The notes: generated by a model not told the origin, from the sequence alone. DNA of 64,000 nt from an uncultured Verrucomicrobiae bacterium (GCA_963788655.1 CAWBHS010000060.1:320001-384000); one strand, 5' to 3'. Positions 46,525-56,776 are shown, counted from the first letter of the stretch. A program made the numbers and translations.

Positions 46525-47841
46525 TTATTTCATGAACTTAACTGGCCTACGTTGGCCTCTCATCGTCGCGTCGTTTGTTCGGTTGCCGTTGGGGTACGTA
46601 TTGTCCAGTGTTCTTCTCGGTGATTGATCTGGCAGCGTTAGCGGGATGTTTATCGGTGGAGGATGGTTCCAAAGCGCCTTGTTGTCGAAATACAGCGATT
46701 TCACTTGGCCCGCAGCCAAGTCAACCTCGGCTTCCACTTTGAACACGAGGTCCGTTTTGTCCACGTTCTCCTTGTGCCATGCGAGGAACAGCCGCGGTAT
46801 GTTCGTCGCTGCTGGTCTTAACACCTGTGGGGCGAAGTCCATTTGCAGCAGATTGGTTGGGTAGTTCAGCCGTTCCAGGGTTTTCTTGACCAGATTTATT
46901 GCGTCGGCTTCCGTCAGCTTTGGCTGGCCTGCGAAATCCTTTATTCGGATTGCTCGGTTATCGCTGTTGAAGAAGTTGTCCGGTGCGTAGTAGCCGTTGA
47001 CGCCGCTGTTCCTGTAAATGAACCGCCAGCCATTGGTTAGCTCTAGCTCAGCGTGGGGCCAGCCGCCGTTGTCAGCTAGCGACAGCACGGCGACATTGTT
47101 TGTTGTGAGGGGGGCGGGCAGTGGCAGCCCCAGTTTTTTCCCGTAATCGTTAATGGCTTTGAGTGCCAACGGTGCCAGCCGCACGGCATATTCTGGGTTG
47201 CAGGGCAGCCAGCTTGGTGGGCCGGGAATGGCGGGCGGCGCCACCGCCACTTTTGGCGACGGCTTCTCCAAGCTCCGATTGACCAGCTTTATACGCGTGA
47301 CGGTTTTGTTTTCCGCGTCAACATGCACCGAGGTATTGGCAAAGCCGGAGCGAGGGTCCGGCCATTCGATTCGGTATTGGGGCACGGTGTTCGTGCCAAT
47401 GCGTTCCGGCCCGGTAATGCGAGGCTCTTGCTCGGCGAACACGTCCTCAAGCGGGATTCCTAATTTGCGGATAGAATCCCGCGCCAGTTTCACTGCGTCT
47501 GCCCGGGTCATCCGGAGTTGGCCGAAGTATTTTGGAATCCGCTCCGGGTCTTGCTCCGCGTAGTAGTCGTGCGGGCCTTGCACGATGTTTACGTAGCCCT
47601 GGTTGAACGCGAAGTGCCAGTTGCCGTTCGTTCCATGCAAACCCACTTCCACCGCCATAACGCGTTTTGGGACGATGTTGCAGGATGCCACCGTCGGCGG
47701 TTGTGGCAAGGGCAAGTCGAGCTTGTGTGCCACATCGCTGACATATGGCATGACAGCTACCAGCACTGCGTTGGAGTATTCCGCCGTTACGCGAATCCAC
47801 TCCGACGATGCTGATAGCGTTTGGCCCAATTGCAATATCAT
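46525..47841 (-). CDS. Hypothetical, probably exported protein with two ~200-aa internal repeats (PepSY-like motifs)
   Basis: KLDLPLPQPPT..NGNWHFAF..MTRADAVKLARDSIRKLG..VHVDAENKTV vs KLGLPLPAPLT..NGWRFIY..LTEADAINLVKKTLERLN..AEVDLAAGQV. Confidence 0.7.
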   Translation of the reverse strand: MILQLGQTLSASSEWIRVTAEYSNAVLVAVMPYVSDVAHKLDLPLPQPPTVASCNIVPKRVMAVEVGLHGTNGNWHFAFNQGYVNIVQGPHDYYAEQDPERIPKYFGQLRMTRADAVKLARDSIRKLGIPLEDVFAEQEPRITGPERIGTNTVPQYRIEWPDPRSGFANTSVHVDAENKTVTRIKLVNRSLEKPSPKVAVAPPAIPGPPSWLPCNPEYAVRLAPLALKAINDYGKKLGLPLPAPLTTNNVAVLSLADNGGWPHAELELTNGWRFIYRNSGVNGYYAPDNFFNSDNRAIRIKDFAGQPKLTEADAINLVKKTLERLNYPTNLLQMDFAPQVLRPAATNIPRLFLAWHKENVDKTDLVFKVEAEVDLAAGQVKSLYFDNKALWNHPPPINIPLTLPDQSPRRTLDNTYPNGNRTNDATMRGQRRPVKFMK

Positions 47842-47844
47842 GGG

Positions 47845-48795
47845 TCACGGCCCCGGCCAGTTTTTCTGTTGGTTGGACCGATTCATGCGAAGGTCATTGT
47901 ATCCATAGACCCGAATGGCTGCCCAGAATTGACCGGACGGTATCCAGTTCGAATTGTTGCGCCCGGTTTCCAGCGCGTCCAACAGCGTCATTGTACCTCA
48001 ATTGGTACTGCCATTGGAACATCCATTCCGTGCGGCAGTTCATGAAGCCCTGCAACGTCCCCCAGCCCAGCCCTCCGATGTTCTGATTCCACCCAATAAA
48101 TGCTGACGGTCGTTTGTGGCTGGGGTTGTTTACGCTATTCGTGTAATACGCGAGACTGTTCGTGGCCTTGTTGATTCCGAATGCATCGGGCCAGTCACTA
48201 TTTGCAGTCGAGCAACCGTCCAGCCAGACAAGTCGATAAGGCCGTGCACCGGCGTATTTGTTGTACGTGATTTGGTCCCTGACTTCTTTTGCAGTCAGTA
48301 GGGCTTTTGAGGGGCGGTAGTTCATGCCTCCTGTTACCGCTCCATTCGTTCCGTACGTATGGCGGTCGCCTCCAATGCCAGTGGCCCAGCCGTGTCCGTA
48401 GTAGTAGAGATTTCGGGAAGCCGGTGAGAACATGTAGGCTTTGAGCGTAGCCCAGCTAACATCCCGTTGCGCTTGAGTGTAAGAGTTCGTCCCGAACTTG
48501 AGCGGGATTGTCAAAGCGGGAATCCCTCGGAGCGCAGGGCCGCCAGCGAGCGATGACATCGCGTTGGTGTAGATGGTCCCCGCTTGTGTGCCCGGCTCGT
48601 AGAAAGTGTCGAGGAACGTGAATATCCAGCGCCCTACCGACGGGTATGAGTGCATCGCGATTGGAGTCGCACGCTGGGTCTAGGCAGTCAGTGGCTGCGG
48701 CCCATTGCCGACCTTGGCCGATGCCTCATCAAATGTGATGTATGGGTCGAAGTAAGGATCGTCTTCAAGCGTATCGCGCAGATACCCCTGCCAGT
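47845..48795 (-). pseudogene. C-terminal fragment of a protein with a clan CD (caspase/gingipain-like) His-Cys motif; TAG at 48680, frameshift/TGA near 48000
   Basis: NLYYYGHG and RLVWLDGCST; shifted frame continues TMTLLDALETGR...IRVYGYNDLR...WPGP* ending 3 nt before the next ATG. Confidence 0.6.
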
Positions 48796-49483
48796 CGTCC
48801 AGTTGATGCCACACGCAGTGGTGACCACCCTGGGAGCAATGAACGTTGCTTTCATTGCATTTCAGATTGCGGTCGCCCGAAAGTACAGCCTGCGGATAGC
48901 CAGGGTGCGCGTGCAGGCCGAGAAAATAGCTCACGGCGTTTCCGCGGTGGGCGCCACTGAGGAAGCCGATGTCCGGTGAGCGACTGAAGTCAAGAGCCAG
49001 ATTTGCTGCCGGATCGGCAGGACACGTCAGAACGGATGCGTGGACGAGTTCATTGGAGATCCAATCATATTGAAACCAGAGGTTATTCTGCATCCCAAAC
49101 CAAGTCGGTGGCGGATTAGGGGTAGGGCAAGGATAAAAACGCGTTCCCCCTTCGCTTGCGCAGGTCCAGAACGGCAATTCACCGCCGTGATCGCTGGCCC
49201 ACAATTGAAACGACAGGCCGATCTGCCGGAGGTTGTTGAGGCACGCTGCCCGGTCGCCCAGCGATTTGGTATTTGCCAGCGCCGAGATGGCGACACACCC
49301 CAACAGTGCTAGCGCGGCCAGCACCGCCACCAGTTCGACACGGGTGAAGGCGGATTGTCTGTGGGGTGGCCGTGAATGCTGCGATTGGCTGAAGGCAATG
49401 GTCTGGAGCTTGGGAACACGGTTCTCCGGCGCGATGAGACAGCGCCGGGTCCAAGGCAATGGAATTAACTTTCCAAACGGCAT
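48796..49483 (-). pseudogene. Second, diverged prepilin-type gene, truncated before the H-X9-DG motif
   Basis: SAFTRVEL...ACLNNLRQIG...SYFLGLHA; paralog of 44311-45165 (offset ~4318); homology ends at VTTACGINWT. Confidence 0.85.
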
Positions 49484-49861
49484 GGGTATTTTCGTATCAC
49501 AAACCCTTGGCTTCGGCAAGCGCGAATTCAGACTTCCGGTACGTGATTGGTCGCGCCAGCGTTTGGAGTGCGCCCGGCTTGCCGGCGCTGTCGGGTGGGC
49601 AGCGACCGTCGAATCGTTTTGCGTGCTGCTTTGGTCTTGGCGCATCGGGCTGGAACCAAAGCGGGAGCAAGCTCCACGCACTCCAGACGCTTCGCGAATC
49701 ACGGAAGCCTTCAGTTGGAAAGGGGAGCGCGCCCGCCCCGGGCGCTGGGGTTGGCGCCTCGCCAACCACTCCGGAGAACGCGAATCGCTCACCAATCAGT
49801 GACTGCTCAGTCGCCGGGTCAACCGGCGAGGGCGCCGGTTGGTTGGTGCTTCTCAGCCACT

Positions 49862-49952
49862 TCGTAGCAGCCGACGTGAGGAGGCTCATTACTTTTGGGG
49901 AGCAGTGCGGTTGTTCGCGAAAGAATGAGCCTCCTCACGTCGGCTGCTACGA
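49862..49952. repeat. Perfect 29-bp inverted repeat (GTAG-type REP doublet), possible terminator of nadE
   Basis: TCGTAGCAGCCGACGTGAGGAGGCTCATT (49862-49890) and its exact reverse complement (49924-49952). Confidence 0.9.
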
Positions 49953-49990
49953 TTCGTTAAACCACATCCACCGGCGCAAACGAAAGCCGA

Positions 49991-51988
49991 TCAGCCCTGC
50001 CCTTTGGCGACGTATTCGCGCAGCTCGGCCAGTTCCATTTCGAAGCCACCGGAGAGAATCGGCCAGCGGCACCAGGTTTTCGGGTCCAGATTTTCGTCGT
50101 CCAAATGAAACGAGGGCGCATAGCGCTCCCGTTTCCATTGGTTGCGGCACCATAGCCGGAAGAACCGTTCCACCCACGCGCCCAATTGCGGTGGCGTGTA
50201 ATCCGGGAATTGCACGCGCATGAGTTGGTACACCTCGAGCGGAGCATGCTTGTCGCGAATGGCCGCCCGCTCGATGGCGTCCAGCAACGGATACGGCATC
50301 AAGTCGTCTTCGTCGGTTTGCTTGTGCTCCGCCGGACGCAACTCAGCGGTCGGGGCTTGCCGGGTCACCGCCGCTAAAGCGGGCAGCGGATACAATCCCA
50401 TCGGTCCGGTGGTCTCCAACCAACGTAGCCAATGCCGCAGCCAGGCCTTGTCGATGCCCGCCAACGGACTGAGTCCGCCACTGGTGTCGCCGTCCATGGT
50501 GGCGTAGCCGACGGCGGCTTCGGAGCGATTGCTGGTCGAGAGCAGCAACGCGCTTTTCAAGTTGGCTAGCATCCAGACACTCGGTGATCGCACGCGCGCT
50601 TGAATGTTTTGCAGCGCCAGATCGTGATCCTGCCAATTCAGTTGATAGCCCACCGCCTGCTCGATGGTGGCCGCGTAATCGCGCACCAACTTGCCGATGG
50701 CAAATTCGTAATGCTGCGAACCCACCGCGTCGGCTACCGCCCGGGCCGCCTCGCGCGTGACCGAGCCGCTGTTGTCGCTGGCCTGATAAACCGTCGTCAG
50801 CAATCGGCTGGTGATTCTTTTGACATCGGTCTCGCCCGCCAGTTCCGAGATGTAGCCGAGTTTGGCAGCGAAATCCTTCGCGCCCAAATCCTGAACCGCA
50901 AAGGCGACCATGAGATGCACCAGGCATGAAATCGCCGACGAATCCGCGCCGCCGCTTAGCGACACGACAAATCCGCGCGACCGGCTGCGGCGCAGGTAAT
51001 CGAACAATCCCAATGCCTCGGCCCGCGCGAATTCTTCTTCCTTGTGATGCGGACTATTCTCCCATTCGCACGTCTCCGACTTGGGGGCCTTCAACGTGAC
51101 CGGCGGGAAATCAAAGGCAACGCGAACCTTGTTTTTGTCGTCATTGGCGAAGTCGGGATTGTAACCGGAGGTGCGGGACTGGCTCAGGCGTGTGGCTTCC
51201 ACGTCGATCACCGCGCTGGTTACGTGAAACTCGTGAAACCCAAAGCGGGGGCCTTCTTCCAGGAGTTTGCCGGCGGAGGCAATGAGCGCACCGCCGTCGT
51301 AAATCGCCCGGCCGGCCTCGTTGCCCAGCAGGTTGGCATAAACGTAATTGGTGTTGAATGCCCGCGAACCTTCCAACACGAAGCGTTTGCGGACCTCGAT
51401 TTTCCCGAACGCAAAATGACTGGCGCTGGGATTCAAAATCAGGTCCACCCCATTGCGCGCGAGCGCGGTGCCTGGACGATTGGCCACCCACGCATCCTCG
51501 CAAATCTCGAATCCGATCTGCACCCCGCCGCAGTCAAAGTGCAAGTCACCTATGGGAAAAGTCCCACCCGCCAGCGTGACTTCGCTGCGCAATCCCGCCG
51601 GCCAGGCCTTGAACCACCGGGGCTCATAATGGATTCCTTCGCCGGCCAAAAAACGTTTCGCCACAAAACCCGCAATCCGGCCATCCACCGCCAGGCAAGC
51701 GCAATCAAACAAGCCGTTCCGGTACAGCACGGGCAAGCCGAACGAGACAATCATGCCGCGCGTAACTGGCACCAACTCCTGGAGAATGCGCTCGGTCATG
51801 CGCATCGTGTTCGGTGACTGAAAGGCGTCTTCGCACCCATAGCCGGTGAGACACAGTTCCGGCAGGCACAGAATGCTGGCGTGTTGCGCCCGCGCCTGTT
51901 CGATGGCGGCGGCGATGCGCGCCTGATTGCCGGCCCAATCGAGAGGCGTTTGATTCAAAACTGCTGCGGCGACTTTAATGAGTTTCAT
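49991..51988 (-). CDS. nadE: Glutamine-dependent NAD+ synthetase
   Basis: Nitrilase domain LPELCLTGY, EICEDAW, NPSASHF; SLSGGADS, QNIQARVR, SNRSEAAVGYAT, PTAEL, QWKRER. Confidence 0.97.
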   Translation of the reverse strand: MKLIKVAAAVLNQTPLDWAGNQARIAAAIEQARAQHASILCLPELCLTGYGCEDAFQSPNTMRMTERILQELVPVTRGMIVSFGLPVLYRNGLFDCACLAVDGRIAGFVAKRFLAGEGIHYEPRWFKAWPAGLRSEVTLAGGTFPIGDLHFDCGGVQIGFEICEDAWVANRPGTALARNGVDLILNPSASHFAFGKIEVRKRFVLEGSRAFNTNYVYANLLGNEAGRAIYDGGALIASAGKLLEEGPRFGFHEFHVTSAVIDVEATRLSQSRTSGYNPDFANDDKNKVRVAFDFPPVTLKAPKSETCEWENSPHHKEEEFARAEALGLFDYLRRSRSRGFVVSLSGGADSSAISCLVHLMVAFAVQDLGAKDFAAKLGYISELAGETDVKRITSRLLTTVYQASDNSGSVTREAARAVADAVGSQHYEFAIGKLVRDYAATIEQAVGYQLNWQDHDLALQNIQARVRSPSVWMLANLKSALLLSTSNRSEAAVGYATMDGDTSGGLSPLAGIDKAWLRHWLRWLETTGPMGLYPLPALAAVTRQAPTAELRPAEHKQTDEDDLMPYPLLDAIERAAIRDKHAPLEVYQLMRVQFPDYTPPQLGAWVERFFRLWCRNQWKRERYAPSFHLDDENLDPKTWCRWPILSGGFEMELAELREYVAKGQG

Positions 51989-52054
51989 GTTGATTCAGCG
52001 TTGACGCTACCGACATCACGGAGCATGGCCGGAATTCGCCAGTTCTGCAATTAC

Positions 52055-52470
52055 GTAGGACAGGCGTCCCGCCGGTCCCGGATGCATAGAAACCGTTCGC
52101 ATTTATGTCTGCGTCCAACGGCCAGTGCCCCTTCCGATGTCGCGCCAGCGTTTGGAGTGCGTGGAGCTTGCTCCCGCTTTGGATCAAAAGCGCACGCCCA
52201 AAGTCATCACAGCACAACGAGAAACAGGCTGTTGCGATCCAGCCGAAAGCGCCGGCAAGCCGGACGCACTCCAAACGCTGGCGCGACTTATTATGTTCCA
52301 TTTGAGAACGGTCGTCGTCTCCCTCTACCGGGATGGTTGGCTCGTGTACACTCGTAGGACAGGCGTCCCGCCTGTTCCCAAGTTACCAAAGCACGCCGGC
52401 GTTTCGCTAAACTGACTTCGACGTTTCGCGTTTCACTGGTTATTCGGGACAGCCGGGACGGCTGTCCTAC
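52055..52470. repeat. Mixed REP cluster: GTAGGACAGGCGTCCCGCC family plus a family A doublet
   Basis: GTAG copies at 52055, 52354 and reverse 52446-52470; family A at 52140-52180 and 52246-52286. Confidence 0.85.
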
Positions 52471-52538
52471 AGCAGTAACACCGTGCGAATTGGATCCGGC
52501 CTTGATTTTCGGCTCGGAAAAGCGGTTCACTCTAATAC

Positions 52539-52988
52539 ATGCAATTCACGATTCAACGAGCCTGGCTTCTTTGCTTGATCACGTTCACAGCCAGTCTGGG
52601 CAGCGCGTTGCCTAGCCCGATCCGGGCGCGCGGCGAAGAATCCATTCCGCATTTGCGCCGTCAGGGCCAGTTGACCCAACTCATCGTGGATGGCCAGCCG
52701 TTCATCATGCTGGCCGGCGAGGTTCACAATTCCAGTTCCTCGGGCTTGGATTACCTGGCCCGCATCTGGCCCAAGTTGAAACAGTTGAACCTGAACACCG
52801 TGCTCGCGCCGTTCGGCATTGAAAGCGTCGAAGCCGATTATCCGTTGGCGGAGAGTTACGCCCTCTTGCAACAACTCATTCCCCAAATCAGCGCCGCCGC
52901 GGTCAGCAATCGGTTGGCGGCGGTGTATCAGCAGGACGAAGCGGAGGACCAAACCGCGCATCCTGCGAGTGCGTGTGTACCGGCATGA
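52539..52988 (+). pseudogene. Internally deleted remnant of a GH35/GH42-like (DUF5597-type) glycosidase
   Basis: Signal peptide, then QLIVDGQPFIMLAGEVHNSSSS...LKQLNLNTVLAP joined directly to FGIES...LAESYALLQQLIPQI; only 149 aa. Confidence 0.65.
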
Positions 52989-52996
52989 CTAAATTT

Positions 52997-54902
52997 ATGA
53001 AAACCTCATTTCCCGTTGCGATTCCGTCCGCACTATTGCTCCTCTTCGGCCTTTGCGGACCTGCTCCAGCGGCCGAGCCCGCCCGCCGGCCCAACATCCT
53101 TTGGATTACCACCGAGGACATGAGTCCGAACCTGGGCTGTTACGGCGATCCATACGCGCGCACTCCACACCTGGACGCCTTCGCCCGCGAAAGCGTCCGC
53201 TACACACGCGCCTTTGCCACGGCGCCGGTGTGTTCGCCGGCGCGCTCGTGTCTCATCACCGGCATGTATGCGACGTCCCTCGGCACGCAACGGCTGCGGT
53301 CGCAGTTCCCGGTGCCCAAGAACGTGCGGGGCTTCGCCGCGTTGCTGCGCGCGGCCGGTTATTACACGTCCAATAACGTAAAGACGGATTACAACCTGCG
53401 GAACGAACCAGCCTTCATACGCGATTGCTGGAACGATTGTTCGACTAAAGCACATTGGCGCGGTCACCGTCCGGGGCAGCCCTTTTTTGCGGTGTTCAAC
53501 TTCATGACCACGCACCAATCGCGCGCCAGCGTGTGGTCGCGAGAACAATTCGAAAAGGAAGTCGGCAGCCAGCTTGCGCCCGCAGAACGTCATGATCCCG
53601 CCAAGGCTCCGTTGCCGCCCTATTATCCGGACACGCTCGAAGCGCACCAGGCCTGGGCACGTTACTACGACTGCATTACGGTCATGGACAAGCAGGTGGG
53701 TGAACTGCTTGGTCAACTGGCGGCGGATGGGCTGGCCAACGATACGATCGTCTTCTTTTACGGCGACGGCGGGATGGGAATGCCGCGCGGAAAACGTTGT
53801 CTGTGGGACACGGGTCTGCAGGTGCCGTTGTTGGTGCGCTTCCCGAAGGCGTTTCAGGAATTCGCTCCAAAGGCACCGGGAACCACCACGGACCGGTTGG
53901 TGAGCTTCGTCGATTTCGCGCCCACGGGTACCTAGTTTGTGTGGCATCCAGGCGCCCACCTACATGCAAGGAACTGCGTTCCTAGGGCCAGCCGCCGGCC
54001 AACCGCGTGAATTTGTGTTTGGCGCCCGCGACCGGGTGGATGAAGTCTTCGATTTGTCGCGCTCCGTCCGCGATCAGCGTTTCCTATACATTCGCAACTT
54101 CATGCCACACCTCTCGTGGATGCCGCCGGAATGCTTCTCGGATGGGTCGCCGTTCCGACGCGAATTCAAACGCCTGGCGGCCGAAAACAAACTCACCGCC
54201 GGGCCGCTGACTTACGCCGCTCCGCGCAAAGCGCTCGAAGAGCTGTACGACACCGATGCCGATCCACAGCAAATGCACAACCTCGCTGCTTCGCCCACGC
54301 ACCAAGCCACGCTCGAGAAAATGCGGAGCGCATTGCGCGCTTGGATGATGGAAACGCGCGACGCCGGCTTGCTCACGGAGCCGCAGGTTTGGGATCGGAT
54401 TGGCGCGACGGGCACGCCGTTCGAACTGGCGCACGACGACGCAAAATACCCGCTGGCTCGATTGTTGGCGGCGGCGGACTTGGTGGGGCGCAGCGAAGCG
54501 GTACCGAAGCAGACCAAGCTTTTGCGCGACGCCGACGATGGCGTGCGTTACTGGGCCGCCGTGGGTTTGCACGCCGCCGGCCCCAATGCCGAATCCGCGC
54601 GTCCGGCGTTGCGCGAGGCGTTGAAGGATGCGTCGGCAGTGGTGCGGATCGAAGCTGCCGCCGCGCTGGTCGAGTTGGGCGAAACCGCCGAACCGCTCCG
54701 CGTTCTCGAACAGGAATTGCGCTCCAAGCGCCGTGACGCTGCGCTGCACGCGGCCCGCGCCTTGCAATTGCTGGGCAACCGCGCCCGACCAGCATGGCCG
54801 GTTATGCGGCAAGTGCGCGCGCAAGCGCGCCGAGACGAAAAAACGGTCGGTGATCCAGCGATGTTCCTCCGGTTCAGCCTCGAATCCGCGTTGGCCCAAT
54901 GA
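52997..54902 (+). CDS. Sulfatase with C-terminal HEAT-like repeats; frameshift at ~53927
   Basis: RPNILWITTED, CSPAR (CxPxR), LVSFVDFAPT, GARDRVDE, EELYD..DP....NLA; DDGVRYWAA, SAVVRIEAA. Confidence 0.93.
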
Positions 54903-54923
54903 TCCGTTTCAGCGGCCCGAGTT

Positions 54924-55310
54924 TTATACCGGTTGTCGTCGCCGTGCCCGGCACTGCCGCCGCCGAGGGTGCCCACCGCAGCAGCCCGGCAAACAAAAGC
55001 GATGATCATTCAGTTTGCCCTCGAAGAAGGCCCGCAAGACTTCTTCGACGTTACCGCAGCGTCGGGCCAAGACGGAGATCCCCGAAGCGATCAGCAGCTT
55101 TTCCAGCGACCGCGTTACGGCGCCGCATATCAGGATTTCAATGTCGAATTGCGCCAACTGCTCCACGCGATGTGCTGGCAGGAGTTCGGTGAACCTAACC
55201 AGTTGCCGGTTTAACTCGTGGGTACGGTCGCCGTCCACCAGGAGCACATTTGCCGCGCAGTCAAAGACCGGGGAAATGTGCTGGTTCCAGATGGAAATAG
55301 CCAGGCGCAT
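54924..55310 (-). CDS. NifB/NifX (FeMo-cofactor-binding-like) family protein
   Basis: MRLAISIWNQHISPVFDCA...IEILICGAV...GNVEEVLRAF; tail FCLPGCC plus Arg-rich end. Confidence 0.85.
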   Translation of the reverse strand: MRLAISIWNQHISPVFDCAANVLLVDGDRTHELNRQLVRFTELLPAHRVEQLAQFDIEILICGAVTRSLEKLLIASGISVLARRCGNVEEVLRAFFEGKLNDHRFCLPGCCGGHPRRRQCRARRRQPV

Positions 55311-55315
55311 GGGGA

Positions 55316-55735
55316 TCACAAGCCCTTGAGCAGGCGCCGCAGTTCCCGGGCATGACCGGCTTCGTCGGCGGCCATTTCTTCGAGTTTCATTTTGAGTTCG
55401 GGCAGCTTCAACGTCTCGGCAAGTTGCGCGTGGGCCAGGTAATGTTCAACGTCCTGCTCCTCCATTGCCATGTTCAAGGCCAACATGCCTTCGAGGTCGT
55501 CGGGCTTGTCGAATGGTTTGGGCGTGGTGGTCGGTTCGCCGCCCAGATCAAGAATCACATCGGTGAGGAAGGCAGCGTGCCCCAATTCGTCCTGGGCGTC
55601 TTTGCGCAATAGTCCGCGCACCTCCACGCCGAGCGGCCCGTAGCACTTGCCCGCCTGGTAGGTGTACCGGATGACGGTACCCAATTCGGCGCTGAGATCG
55701 TCATTGAGTCCTTTAATCAAGTCGTTGGTGTTCAT
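55316..55735 (-). CDS. Ferritin-like (bacterioferritin-type) di-iron protein
   Basis: LNDDLSAELG..IRY, DELGHA, LGGEPT, EE..V..Y, DEAGHA. Confidence 0.88.
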   Translation of the reverse strand: MNTNDLIKGLNDDLSAELGTVIRYTYQAGKCYGPLGVEVRGLLRKDAQDELGHAAFLTDVILDLGGEPTTTPKPFDKPDDLEGMLALNMAMEEQDVEHYLAHAQLAETLKLPELKMKLEEMAADEAGHARELRRLLKGL

Positions 55736-55813
55736 GTGAGTTGTCAGTTTTGGTTTCTGTCCTTGCGAGCGGGAGCGGATTCCGCCCACCGGCGCAACTG
55801 CCTCCAATATCCC

Positions 55814-55828
55814 GCAAGTGGCATGCCA
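55814..55828 (-). promoter_or_regulatory. Sigma-54 -24/-12 promoter of the ferritin-like/NifX operon
   Basis: Minus strand TGGCATGCCACTTGC: GG-N10-GC. Confidence 0.85.
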
Positions 55829-55916
55829 GATCTGCCATTGAGCTTTATCGGTTGAAACGCCAGCCAATGCGCACCGGTGGGCAGACCTTTGGAAGGCGAA
55901 TGGTCATTGGCTTATG

Positions 55917-55957
55917 GCAAAATGAAACGGCGCGCGAGCCTGACTATCGCGAAATGG
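55917..55957. promoter_or_regulatory. Putative enhancer (UAS), copy 1
   Basis: GCAAAATGAAACGG-N13-CTATCGCGAAATG; matches 58392-58431. Confidence 0.65.
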
Positions 55958-55994
55958 AAGAGCAAACCGCCGAATCCCCATCGAACTCAACGTT

Positions 55995-56648
55995 TCAACG
56001 CTGGCGGCGGGCGACGATCAATTCCTGATGGCAGCCGACCCGGTGCCGCAGCTCGAATCCCGAGGCTCGCAAACGAACGCGCCAATGCGCGAAAAGGCTG
56101 GGTGGGTAGGGATGGCGTTTGCCTTCGTTGCGATGGATGGCGTCCATTAACCGGAAGCCACTGGGGGCAAAGTCCGCCAGCACCAGCTTGCCACCGGGCT
56201 TCAAGACGCGCAGCATTTCAGCGAACACTCGTTCCGGATTATCCAGATGGTGAAACACATTCCATGAAGTCACCGCGTCAAAATGCGCCGCGGGCCAAGG
56301 CAGGAATCGCGCGTCCTGAATTCGAAATTCAAGGCGGTCCGCCACCCCGGCATAATCCGCTTCCAACCGGGCACAGCGTTGCTCCGCCGGATTGACATCG
56401 ATCGTGGTCACCCGGGAAACATGCCGGGCCAGCGGTATCACAAAACGTCCTTTGCCGGTGCCCACGTCGAGCACGTGTCCCGGCAATGGCAGCGCATTTG
56501 CCAACACAAAATTCACCCCGGCCTCCGGATCGTATCCGAAACGTCGGTGCTGCGCGTTACGGTCGGTCAATTGCCGATGGTTCTCCAGCATTTCGGCTTG
56601 GCTGGATTGCGAGATCAATTTTGGTTTCGGATTCGTCTTCATTTTCAT
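55995..56648 (-). CDS. Class I SAM-dependent methyltransferase
   Basis: VLDVGTGKG, DARFLPW...FDAV, FHHL, EMLRVLKPGGKLVLADF. Confidence 0.92.
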   Translation of the reverse strand: MKMKTNPKPKLISQSSQAEMLENHRQLTDRNAQHRRFGYDPEAGVNFVLANALPLPGHVLDVGTGKGRFVIPLARHVSRVTTIDVNPAEQRCARLEADYAGVADRLEFRIQDARFLPWPAAHFDAVTSWNVFHHLDNPERVFAEMLRVLKPGGKLVLADFAPSGFRLMDAIHRNEGKRHPYPPSLFAHWRVRLRASGFELRHRVGCHQELIVARRQR

Positions 56649-56776
56649 CAGGTTCAATAAATACGATGGCCAATCGCGTTGGCTTGAGTCTCTCACTTTC
56701 GGGACGCGGCTGTAGTGACGAATGGAGGTGCTGCGGCTGGCCGGCGATTCAACCGCGCTCCGGCGAGAAACGAGCG

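Noticed and set aside
17509..48682. Amber (TAG) recoding
   Set aside because: TAG is a normal stop for exbB (39465-39467) and at 40472-40474; no pyl genes or suppressor tRNA are seen.
45261..52470. CRISPR array
   Set aside because: Repeats are inverted pairs with irregular spacing; no cas genes.
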